From contig OX597818.1 in the NCBI GenBank assembly GCA_951406725.2, positions 31,248,001-31,312,000 of the forward strand: a stretch of DNA of 64,000 nt, read 5' to 3'. Position 1 is the first letter of the stretch, and the number at the start of each line of letters is the position of its first letter. Source of the DNA: Octopus vulgaris (lineage: Eukaryota). The notes beneath the pieces were generated by a model. The model searched no databases. It was not told the origin of the DNA and saw nothing but the letters and a program-made list of their open reading frames with translations. Positions 12,380 through 23,745 of the stretch are shown here, in pieces. Both the position numbers and the translations under genes were made by a program.

Positions 12380-13351
12380 GGCTTAGTAAAATAAATTACT
12401 TTGCCGCATACTGAACTCATTAGAAATAGCAGCTAAAAAAACTTTTTTAAAACTATTTCCAATACTTAAAGAAAATCTCTCTCTCGTATAGTGTTTGCTC
12501 AATTCAACTCACGAAAGTATGAGGGTAGAAACATTAAAAAATCAAATGCAAAGGTTATTTGAGAACGTACGTTTCAAGATTAGTCAAAAACGACACTTCT
12601 ATCATCAGCTCAGAACTCCCTGGTTTGGATTTGAAAACACTGAAAGTAGGAGCATACCTTTTCGGCTTCCCATCGCCTCTGAAGATCTACTCGAAACTAA
12701 CAGTGCCAGCAAATTCAAACATGCAAGCGAAGAATTTCTGCTCTCCCCTTCCACCAGCGTGGGTTAAAATCAGCAAACAACATGCTTTTTTTCGGTAAAA
12801 TCCGAGGCATTAAATAGAGAGAGATGAATTATAATTTCAACAATTGAGGGTAAAATTAATTAATTAATCAATTTCACCAAGGGGGAGAGCAGAAATTCTT
12901 CGCTTGCATGTTTGAATTTGCTGGCACTGTTAGTTTCGAGTAGATCTTCAGAGGCGATGGGAAGCCGAAAAGGTATGCTCCTACTTTCAGTGTTTTCAAA
13001 TCCAAACCAGGGAGTTCTGAGCTGATGATAGAAGTGTCGTTTTTGACTAATCTTGAAACGTACGTTCTCAAATAACCTTTGCATTTGATTTTTTAATGTT
13101 TCTACCCTCATACTTTCGTGAGTTGAATTGAGCAAACACTATACGAGAGAGATTTTCTTTAAGTATTGGAAATAGTTTTAAAAAAGTTTTTTTAGCTGCT
13201 ATTTCTAATGAGTTCAGTATGCGGCAAAGTAATTTATTTTACTAAGCCCTTTTATATAATGTAATAATTTGAATTCGTCTTAAATGGTCCCTTTTGCATA
13301 CTGAATACTTGGTGAAATTGATTAATTAATTAATTTTACCCTCAATTGTTG

Positions 13352-13359
<8 letters not shown>
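12370..13359. mobile_element. Young non-coding fold-back element with a hammerhead in each arm (retrozyme or non-autonomous PLE), inserted in (TA)n
   Basis: Inverted arms 12370-12748 / 12882-13258 differ, as far as I can see, only by a CT slip; second inverted pair 12830-12881 / 13308-13359; (TA)n on both flanks. Confidence 0.8.
13018..13070 (+). ncRNA. Type-I hammerhead motif (mirror copy on minus strand at 12560-12612)
   Basis: tgag-CTGATGA-tagaagtgtc-gttttt-gactaatctt-GAAA-cgtacg-TT-ctca; stem I tgag/ctca, ACGTACGT palindrome, GUU triplet; stem II has a U-U closing mismatch and an internal loop. Confidence 0.7.
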
Positions 13360-13382
<23 letters not shown>

Positions 13383-13385
13383 GAA

Positions 13386-13802
13386 TACTCTTTGAATATT
13401 TTACTTGTTTCAATCATTTGACTGTGGCCATGCTTGAGCACCATCCTTAGTCGAAGAAATCGACCACAGGGCTTATTCTTTGTGAGCCTAGTACTTATTC
13501 TATCTGTCTCTTTTGTCGAACCGCTAAGTTACGGGGACGTAAACACACCAGCATCGGTTGTCAAGTGATGTTGGGGGACAGACACAGACACATAAACATA
13601 TACACACGCAAACACACACATACACACATATATACATACGACAGGCTTCTTTAAGCTTCCGTCAACCAAATACACTCACAAGGCTTTGGTCGGCCCGAGC
13701 GTATAGTAGAAGGCACTTGCCCAAGGTGCCACGCAGTGGGACTGACCCTGGAACCATGTGGTTGGTAAGCAAGCTACTTACCACACAGCCACTCCTGCGC
13801 CT
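13386..13802 (-). mobile_element. Family-A SINE, full length
   Basis: Reverse complement begins aggcgcaggagtggctgtgtggtaagtagcttgcttaccaaccacatggttcc (A/B boxes). Confidence 0.92.
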
Positions 13803-14156
13803 ATATGTATATAATTCTTATATATATATGGCTTGCAAGATAATGTGAATTCGTGTGTTGAAGTAAATTTTGTTCTGGCTAGGGACAGTTATGTTAATAT
13901 AATTAATACACACACTGGTTCAATTCCACCCCTTTTCTTTATTATTTGTCAATTGGTTAAATATCCAGAGAACTAATTTTGTCAAACAACAATAAAATAT
14001 ATTAGTTGGTTGGATATTTAACCAACTGAAATATTCTCTGACCAAAGTTCGCGAAGCGTCTTGAAATGGCACATTTCATGCACCATGACACAAGAGTAGT
14101 GGTGAATTTTGGTAAAAATTTAAAAAGAAGGAAAATTCACTGAAATTTTACGTTCG

Positions 14157-14204
<48 letters not shown>

Positions 14205-14213
14205 GTATATATA

Positions 14214-14445
14214 TACTCTTTTACTCTTTTACTCTTTTACTTGTTTCAGTCATGTGATTGTGACCATGCTGGAGCACCGCCTTTAGTCGAGCAAATCTAA
14301 CCAGGACTTACTCTTTGGAAGCCTAGCACTTATTCTATCGGTCTCTTTTGCCGAACCGCTATGTTACGGGGACGTAAACTCACTAGCATCGGTTGTCAAG
14401 CGATGTTAGCGACAATCATATACGCACAAACATATACACACACAT

Positions 14446-14496
<51 letters not shown>

Positions 14497-14669
14497 CACA
14501 TATACGACGGGCTTCTTTTCAGTTTCCGTCTACCAAATCCATTCACAAAGTTTTGGTCGGCCCGAAGCTATATTAGAAGACACTTGCCCAAAGTTCCATG
14601 CTTTGAGACTGAACCCGGAACTATGTGGTTGGTAAGCAAGCTACTTACCACACAACCACTCCTACGCCT
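14214..14669 (-). mobile_element. Family-A SINE, full length
   Basis: Same head, body and (tactcttt)n tail as the other copies. Confidence 0.92.
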
Positions 14670-14933
14670 ATATATATATATATATATGTAGGTTGTCAAA
14701 GAGTTCATACGTCAGATAAAAATGCACTCGTATATTTGTATATCTGTCAATAGACTGGGTATATTATCCGAAGGATACACTATTATATCATTATTGTTGA
14801 CCTTACCAATATCGGCAGTAATGGATATATAATACTGTACACTTCAGATACTACACACATACACATACACGCACGCGCATGCACGCACATGCACGCACGC
14901 ACGCACACACGCACACAAACATACACACACATA

Positions 14934-15803
14934 CAGGATGTGGTGGGTAAATTGTCGTCATTTTATATATATTTAATTTTGCGCATGCGCATTCTTTATT
15001 TTTGATTTTGTCGACTACACAGTATAGTACAGTCAGTAGGGCACCGTCTGTAGAAAAAACGGCACCATGATGCAATTCACTTTGCCTGAAATTTGGAAAC
15101 TACATATTGTATTGCTTGGCATTCGCGCCGGGGGTTCTAATATGAACATTTCAGGGTGTTTGGGTGTCAGTCTGAGGAAAGTGCAATATAAGGATATGTA
15201 CTCAGAGTCATAAAAATCAAACATCCAGTCAACATCATGGTGTTTGGAGTGATCACTAGCGATGGCGACGTTATGCCTCCATTCATCTTCCCACACGGCT
15301 TTAAACTCAACACAGGCCTACATCAAGCAGGATATAATGCTACCCTGGTGGCTGCTGGAAGTCCCTATGTCCGGCAACAGGACTCTGCACTATACCGCAC
15401 AAGCAGGAAAACCTAGTCATGGTTGTCAGACAATTTCTGCGACCACATCACCGCTATCATCTGGCCACCTAACTCAAATTGAAACGTCTTTGATTACTAT
15501 GTTTGAGACGCAGTTGAGCGGGAGGTCAACGAAACTCCTTGTAACACCAAAGTTGAACTGAAGGCAAGAATTATGGCAGCATTCATCAACTTAATCAAGA
15601 AGACCGTTCAGAAGAGTTGCAGGAGATTCTGAAGTCATCTGGAGACCGTGGTTGAAGCCAATGGCGATTTAATTGAATAAATTTAGTCTTTAGTATTTCC
15701 TGATATTTTCATGTAATTTCGGTAAATATATCTGTTAAAATGAGATATCAATGTTATTTTCCTTTTTGCGTAATTTAGACGGCAGTTTATTCACCGCACC
15801 CCA
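14934..15803 (+). mobile_element. Internally deleted maT (DD37D)-type Tc1/mariner transposon
   Basis: KHPVNIMVFGVITSDGDVMPPFIFPHG...QQDSA...IWPPNS...LDYYV*DAVE...LETVVEANGDLIE*; imperfect TIRs caggatgtggtgggtaaattgtcgtc / gacggcagtttattcaccgcacccca; TA at left. Confidence 0.85.
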
Positions 15804-15809
15804 TTTTTA

Positions 15810-16200
15810 GGCAGGCGTGGCTATGTGGTAAGAAGCTTGCTTCCCAACCACATGGTTCCGGGTTCAGTCCCACTGCGCGGCACCTTGGTCAAGTGTCTTC
15901 TGAAATTGCCTCGGGCCGACCAAAGCCTTCTGAATGGAATTGGTAGACGGAAACTGAAAGAAGCACGTCGTATACACTCACACACACACATGTGCGTGTG
16001 TCTTTGTGTCTGTGTTTGTCTCCCATCACCGCTTGACAACCGGCGCTGGTGTGTTTACGTCCCGTAACTTAGCCGTTCGGCAAAAGGACTCATAGAAAAA
16101 GTACTCGGCTTAAAAAAATAAGTACTGGGGTCGATTGTTCGACAAAAATCGTTCCAGGCGGTGCTCCTGCATGGTCGCAGTTAACCGACTGAAACAAGTA
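15810..16200 (+). mobile_element. Family-A SINE
   Basis: ggcaggcgtggctatgtggtaagaagcttgcttcccaaccacatggttccgggttcagtccc...gactgaaacaagta. Confidence 0.9.
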
Positions 16201-16799
16201 TATGAATAAAAGAACACACATACGCGCACCCCCCACCCACTCACACAAAATGTTTACAAAGTAATATTGCATGTTTGACAAATTGGTCAGAAAGCAAAAG
16301 TCAGACAGCAGTAAGAATATCTCGACTACTGATGGTCGAACGTTTGCTGTAGTGAGCCAAGTGACTGGCTTCGGCGATTCTCTCGAACAAGTCATTAACA
16401 AAACCGTTTATGATAGTCACGGGTTCTTTTTAGATATTCCAGTATCGGGATGGGTCTGTTTCATAACCTTATAGATGTAGTTGGAGTAGCTTTCATTCCT
16501 CTTTCTCTTACTTTTTTTTTACTGTTCGATCCAATTAGATTTGCCTTGACAGGCATATTGGTATCTTCGCTGTGTGACATCATGTACGATCACTGCAAAC
16601 ACTCCTCTCCATGTCTCCCATCTACATTACTTCACTCTGACCCCACTCACCTTTTCTTAGGTCCTCGTATAAAAGGCTGGTCAGGGTTGCTGTCACTCCC
16701 TCTTACCCGTTATATTCTAACTACGTGCTGCTGTACTACAAGCCATTACTTACACCCCAGTGGGTCACCCCCTTTTCACTCAACATCTATTCTTTCCTT

Positions 16800-16880
16800 T
16801 ATCTGATCACCAAAGATGAATTTGTTGCCGTGTGCAAGAAAGGAGACTGGACTGGTTTGGTCATGTGATGCGGATGGCGC
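16800..16880 (+). mobile_element. RTE-clade LINE fragment
   Basis: VQERRLDWFGHVMRM matches the RRLxWFGHVxRM motif. Confidence 0.65.
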
Positions 16881-18747
16881 TTTTGTTCACCTTTAGTAAC
16901 GTCACTCTCTATCCCTCACCGACCCCCGACCCCGTATATATCTGCCTTTCTCATCATATTCATGCTCCTTCCATCCTTTCACCATTCCGACTTTCCTGTT
17001 GGCTTGTTACCTCTCTTTCCTATACTCCTCCTAGGTTACCCGGATAAAGGTACACTCATTAGGCTGTTGAGTACTTTCTCCCATCACTCCTACTGTCCTT
17101 CTCAACAACCCATTTCTGGCCTGTTTACTCTTCCTTTATACACTACACATAGGTTTAATGAAGATGTAGCATCAACTGTATGAGAAAACACTCCTTCCTC
17201 TCTATGACATTTACCGAGATTTATAAATTTCTGTAAATATTTTATGTTGACTTGACAATGTAGGTCTCTGACCCTTGTTCTAACATTTATAACAACTTCT
17301 ACATCTTTAAATGTAACGTCAGGCGACACAATAGCTAAAAAACTAAGTTAATGAATAAATATATTCTAATAGGGAATATTTTGTAGAATAGTGGGATCTA
17401 ATCAAACACTTGTTGATTTGCAAAACATACTGCTCTACCTTGAGGCTGGTGCATTCTATAGCTTCCTGGATTCTGATAGAAATCCATATAGTCTGGTGGC
17501 ATATGTTGTAAATCATACAGTTCGCCATATTTCGTAGGTGGTGGGGATATTACTAAAGGTTTTGACTTCATAACTTAAGATCAGACGAGTTGAACTCATT
17601 GTTGTAAGATTCTAAATCAGATTACATTGTGCCGGTAGTTGCATGGTTCCCATCCACCCTATTTACACGAATTTTCACGATTGTCTTCTCTTGTACTTTG
17701 ATACATAATCTCTCTAAAAACTGAATAAACGAAGGAGTGAAACAATTTTAGAGTTATAAGCACATTATCTACATACGAGTGGTTAATTATTTAGCCTGTC
17801 AAATTGTACGCTGAAGTCAACGCTCTGCTATTGTCTTAGGTTTGAATCTGACATTTCACTGGTGCTGTTATAGTCATTGCTTATAGCTTAGAATCTCCAC
17901 CACCAAACATGAGTTATCACTTTAAGAGTAAATTCTCATTTATCATATTTAGCTGTGTGTATTAGAGCCATGTGTATCAAGCTATAATTCGTTACAGGCA
18001 TCTCAAGCTTTCCTTCAAAATACATCTTTAGTGTACAAGGAAAGGGCAACTTGAAAATTGCAGCTTAGGAGTAAAAAAAAAATTATTATAGCAAACGAGT
18101 TATTATATTCCGAGGTATAATTTTCTTATGGTTACAGAGAGCTATAAGTGTGGAAGAATAGCTAACCTACCGGATAAACACCAAAGTAGAGAGCTTTATT
18201 ACGCCTGTTGTCTTACTACTCAAAATCTCAATTTAGTACCACTTAAATATCAATATATTATAGTTCATTCAATGAACTCTCCCAAATTCAATGAAATTAG
18301 TTGATGGATTAGTGAAAAGAAATACTGCAAACTGTGAATTATTTTGTTTCCGTGCATAAGCACAAAGCAGCCTCTTTGTGGGGGTAAAATAATCAGTCGA
18401 ATTTCAAATACTAAATAACTGGAGCTTATTCTGTTGACCATAGTTAACGTAGCGATTGAACTGAATTAAAAATAGAAAATTGGAACTAAGAGCAAAACAA
18501 GAGAAAAGTTAAAAGAAAACGTAAATTTGTTTCATCTATGACCCAAACATATATGTGTATGTATGAATATATGAGTCAAGCTTAATTGTGTTAATCTGCA
18601 TCTCTACCTTCATATTAGCTCGTCTTGGATTTTTCTTATAGCCGCTCTTGACGCCATGGACCAAGTTCAGGATGAAGAATTCGAAGTTCAAATTCATTTG
18701 ATCCTTGCTATGTGTTTTCTATACTGAGCATATCTAGCTCTCACGTA

Positions 18748-18797
<50 letters not shown>

Positions 18798-18952
18798 TTG
18801 TCTGTCTGTCTGTCTCTCTCTCTATATATATATGTATGCATACACACACATATCTGCAATGATTGTCACGAATACAGAGGGTATATATCCCCCAATATTA
18901 GACTATTTTGTTTAATCAAAACACGGTGATCGTTTATAAGCTTTAAGTTATA

Positions 18953-19040
<88 letters not shown>

Positions 19041-19082
19041 TTATATATATATATATATATATATATTGTACATATATATATA

Positions 19083-19178
<96 letters not shown>

Positions 19179-19228
19179 TATACATATACACACATGTAAA
19201 TACATATATATAGACACATATACACATA

Positions 19229-19280
19229 TTTTCGAGTGGTTCCAAGCAGTGCTGTTTTCTGCAAGTGCTCTACCCTTATT
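19229..19280 (-). mobile_element. Dong/R4 C-terminal fragment abutting (AAT)n
   Basis: Minus translation [16 protein letters not shown] matches the LQKxALLGTARILR motif. Confidence 0.65.
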
Positions 19281-19287
19281 ATTATTG

Positions 19288-19370
<83 letters not shown>

Positions 19371-19475
19371 GCTCGTATAATATGTATGATTACTGTATCG
19401 CAGAATTTTGGAATTTACCAATTTATCCGAAACCTGCGTAAGCTGATTAAAGAATATATAATTCTGCGTTCTTTT

Positions 19476-19518
<43 letters not shown>

Positions 19519-19715
19519 CTCTCTAACTTCGAAACGAGTATACAGTTAATCAGATCCGGGTAGATTCGTAATTTTTTTCTCTCTACCTGCGTGAGTTGTT
19601 GAGTATTATAGACTTTTTGTATAAGTTTACCTATAATGGTTCTTTTAACATACCGAACTACTTGGTAATATTATTAATTATTAATTAATCTTATCCTTTT
19701 TATTCACACACACAC

Positions 19716-19790
<75 letters not shown>

Positions 19791-19925
19791 GGTTAATTGA
19801 AATATGTTTGTCACATATTTCAACTGCTAAAGGCAAATACGCTGCAGTTACCGTGGAGAAAAATCTCTCTTATGGTAAAATGGTGTGAAAATACCCAGTT
19901 CGTTCAGTGTCGCCATCTCTCGGGA

Positions 19926-19972
19926 ATCTCAGACATCGATATTTCGAGTTTATTGACTCTTGTCGATGAGAT
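19926..19972 (-). ncRNA. Degenerate hammerhead-like motif
   Basis: atctca-TCGACAA-gagtcaataaactc-GAAA-tatcgatg-TC-tgagat; 6-bp stem I and ATCGAT palindrome, but the 5' core departs from CUGANGA. Confidence 0.5.
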
Positions 19973-20878
19973 GTACCTAAGAGAGGCAACTCTGAACGAA
20001 CTAAATATGTTGAACTAGATATGCTAAACGATTATATTTTGCGTGTCTGATAAATCTGCCTGGTTGTATTTGAACCTGAGATTAGTAAAAAACTGTTTTA
20101 CATCATACTCTGTAGTTTTAATCAATACACAAGTAAATACATTTCTTTAACTCAACGGATATCAATGAACCGCTTCCTAAAGAAAATTGTAAATCAATCG
20201 CTCACAGGAGGATACGTTCTCCGGAATGTCTTAGTGTCTATACTTGTGCATAAAAAATAATTGTCTAAAAAAGAACAAAACCAACTGAAAAGACTATTGT
20301 ACAATATGAACTCACTTCCTGACAGCTTATATATTGATATATAATCTATTTAAACTTCCTTTTCTATCTACCTTGAGCGTATCGTCTGGGATTGAAAGAA
20401 ACAAAGAAAAATATTTCTAGAAATATAGAATGAAATGAAATATAAGTTCGGTCATTAGCCCATATTTTTCTCTCTTTTACATTTTCATTTCTGACATTTT
20501 TATTTTCTCTCAGAATAAATAAATACAATAAAAAGGGTTTAGCTTCTTTTAGTTGTTCGTCAAGCATTAAGCGAGGAACGATGGAGTGAACACAAAAACA
20601 GAATTGAATAGAAATAAATGCAGAAATTATGGGTTAAATGTTAACTCGAGAGATTGGACGAGAAAATATCTCTAAGTTCATTTATCGAAGTTTTTTTTTC
20701 TTTCTCTTTCTTTTGTTTGTGAAAAACACAGAAATACAGTCATTCATTCACGCACATGCACAAACACATAGATACAATATATGCATACTTACACACATAC
20801 ACACACATATACGCACACACACGTACACACACACACACATATATATATACATATATATAATATGTATTATGCATATTG

Positions 20879-20911
<33 letters not shown>

Positions 20912-20979
20912 ATATACATACACAGACATATATATTCATATATATATCTACATACATGTACATACATATATACACACAC

Positions 20980-21012
<33 letters not shown>

Positions 21013-21170
21013 GATATATACACACATATAGATATATACATATATATATATATATATATACACATCTACACACACGTGTATATATGTACTTGTATGCATA
21101 TATATACATAAATATACACACATTTATATATACATGCATATAAATATATACTTATATTTATATGTGTGAG

Positions 21171-21202
<32 letters not shown>

Positions 21203-21785
21203 ATATATATATATATGTATATGTGTATATATGTAGACGCATTACATTTCTAGATATTCTACCACGAACACCATTCTAATTGATTTAATGGTCACCTATG
21301 TTTCGTAGCGAGCGAGGTCAACCAGAAAGAAAATGGCTGTAGCATTCATCCAGCACTTGTGAATAACAACAATGCTTCTGACTTTTTGCTTGCCAGTCGC
21401 GGGGTTTCGATACCTTCCTATTATTTTGGCTTACTTCAAATGGCATTTGACAGGGTCAATGTTCTGTTGTAACCTTGGTCCGTCTTTCTGTGAGTGCAGG
21501 AGATAGTTTTCAATAAAGATGATGTATTGAGTCAGGAATTAATGCAAACACCAATCATATCCATAACACCTAGAGTTGACATATTTATTACTTTTTCTCC
21601 CCGGCGACACTGTTCGCACAGTACCGCCTCCACTCCTTTAACTTCGTTCCAGAATACCGCTTCAGTTATTCAGGTGGCTCAGCCAGTGGCTATTGACGGG
21701 CGGATCGTGGTAAGAAGACTAGCATTAGAGCTGCCATTACATGTGCATTACCTGATTAGAGTGTTTGGTAAAAAAAAGGTAGATG

Positions 21786-21786
<1 letters not shown>

Positions 21787-21833
<47 letters not shown>

Positions 21834-21971
21834 GAGTGTGAGAGAGAGAATGTATGGGGGAGGCAGATAAAGAGGAGAGAGGAAGAAGGAAGGAAGGATG
21901 GATGGATGGAATGATATTAATGTCTGTCATATAGAGAGCCTGAGTGAGCAAGCAAATATGTGTGATCGTCA

Positions 21972-22037
<66 letters not shown>

Positions 22038-22410
22038 GAGTGAGAGACAGAGAGAAAGAGAGAGACAAAGAAGAGAGAGACGGGGAGAACTGGAGGAGGA
22101 ATAGAGAGGGGGAACAGCGAGAGAGCATGGGTAGAGAGAGGAAGTGACAGTGGAGGATAAAAAAGAAGAAAAGAAAGAGAGGGAGACAAAGAAATAAAGA
22201 ATGAAAGAGAGAGAGAGAGAGAAAGAGAGAGAAAGAGAGAGACAAAGACAGAGAGAGAGGGGGAAGAACTGGAGGAGGAATAGAGAGGGGGAACAGCGAG
22301 AGAGCGTGGGTAGAGAAAGAAAGTGACAGTGGAGGATAAAAAAGAAGAAAAGAAAGAGAGGGAGACAAAGAAATAAAGAATGAAAGAAAGAAAGAGAGAG
22401 AGAGAGAAAG
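21787..22410. repeat. GA-rich tract with a tandem duplication of about 180 bp
   Basis: agaactggaggaggaatagagagggggaacagcgagagagc...aagtgacagtggaggataaaaaagaag at about 22086 and 22266. Confidence 0.85.
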
Positions 22411-22638
22411 AATAGATGGAGGCCGAGTGCTAAAGTAATATTGAAAGAGTTATAAAAGTTGAGAAAGTGAGAGGTGTAGATTCACACACACAAACACACA
22501 CGTGCACACGCATGCGAATACAGATACACACGTGCGCTTGCACATGCGTGCGAACACGCGCTTGTACACATGTAGGTAGGTACACACATACGTACACATG
22601 CCTGTGTATGTGTCTGTATGTGCGAGTGTGTGAGTGCG

Positions 22639-22678
<40 letters not shown>

Positions 22679-23364
22679 GACCACACACACGACGGGAGAG
22701 AGAGAGAGATAGAGATAGAGGGAAAGGATAGATGTCATATATAAGTGAAGAAAAAAAGGCAGGGATTATATATAGCGAAGGCGGGAAAAAAGGATAGAGA
22801 GGTTCGAGGTAAGGAGGAATAGTCATTCAACAGTAGATGACGGGGTGTTATAGTGGAAATATTTAGAGAGTAAAAGAGAGGAAGAAAGAATTAACGAGAG
22901 TTAGAGGGGAAAATGCTAGAAAGAGGAGCAGTAAGAGAAGATTAGAACAATAGACTAAAAGGTTATCAATTATATTAGTAATATCTTAGACACTGATCAT
23001 ATATAAATAAAATAAATTTCGAAATAATTCTGTTCTTCTAATCGATGAGAAATTCTGAAACTGCTCAGGAAGCATGGAATTAACATTGATAGAACCACAT
23101 TCCTGAACAACTTCCAAAATATCTTTTAAATATGAAACATAAACCAAAAGAAAACACGTCTGCCAACGATCAAATTTCTGTTGATATTTTATACACGTCA
23201 CTGACTCAGTTGTGAAAATACTGGTCATACCATACAACAATCTTATAGGGCTCGATTCTGGTGGTTTATTCGAAAATTTTCGGAAATGAGTTATTGACAG
23301 TCACCAATTTTCAAAGTTGGTAATAATTCCAAGATGGACTTATGCGACGCATTGTTTGTGTCCT

Positions 23365-23745
23365 ATGACTTTTGTTGAGCCATGTAAATAGCTAAGTCAC
23401 TGAAATCACTTTTAACTTTCACTGGGCTGCATATATAATCAAGGCAGTTTGGTTGTAGTTTGGTTATAGGAAAGTATCCTGTAGACTTCACTGAGCTGTC
23501 TCCATATAGCTAAGCTATTTGTAATCTTCACGGAGCTGTATATGTAAAGAAGACACGTAACTCTGTCGTAAATTTCATTGTGTTTTTGGACAGGATAGCT
23601 GCACCATTCGTTGAGCTGTGTATAAGTTCAACACATCTAACTCTTTTCTGACCTTCTCTGAGCCAGTACATCTAACTTTCTGATAATCTTCATTGAGCAG
23701 TGCGTTCAGCCAATATATTTAATTCTCTTGTAATCTTCAAGTAAA
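23365..23745 (+). repeat. Degenerate array of a motif of about 18 bp (taatcttcactgagctgt-like) at 34-70 bp spacing
   Basis: About nine variants, near 23367, 23413, 23482, 23522, 23569, 23605, 23650, 23684 and 23731. Confidence 0.6.

Noticed and set aside
12495-13135. Twin 90/91-aa ORFs MLNSTHESMRV... on opposite strands
   Set aside because: They result from the inverted repeat, start at TTG, show no recognisable domain and run antisense to the hammerhead.
22986-23240. 84-aa minus-strand ORF
   Set aside because: TTG start, no recognisable motif and no convincing splice context.
23365-23745. CRISPR array
   Set aside because: The repeats are too degenerate and irregularly spaced, the context is eukaryotic, and there are no cas genes.
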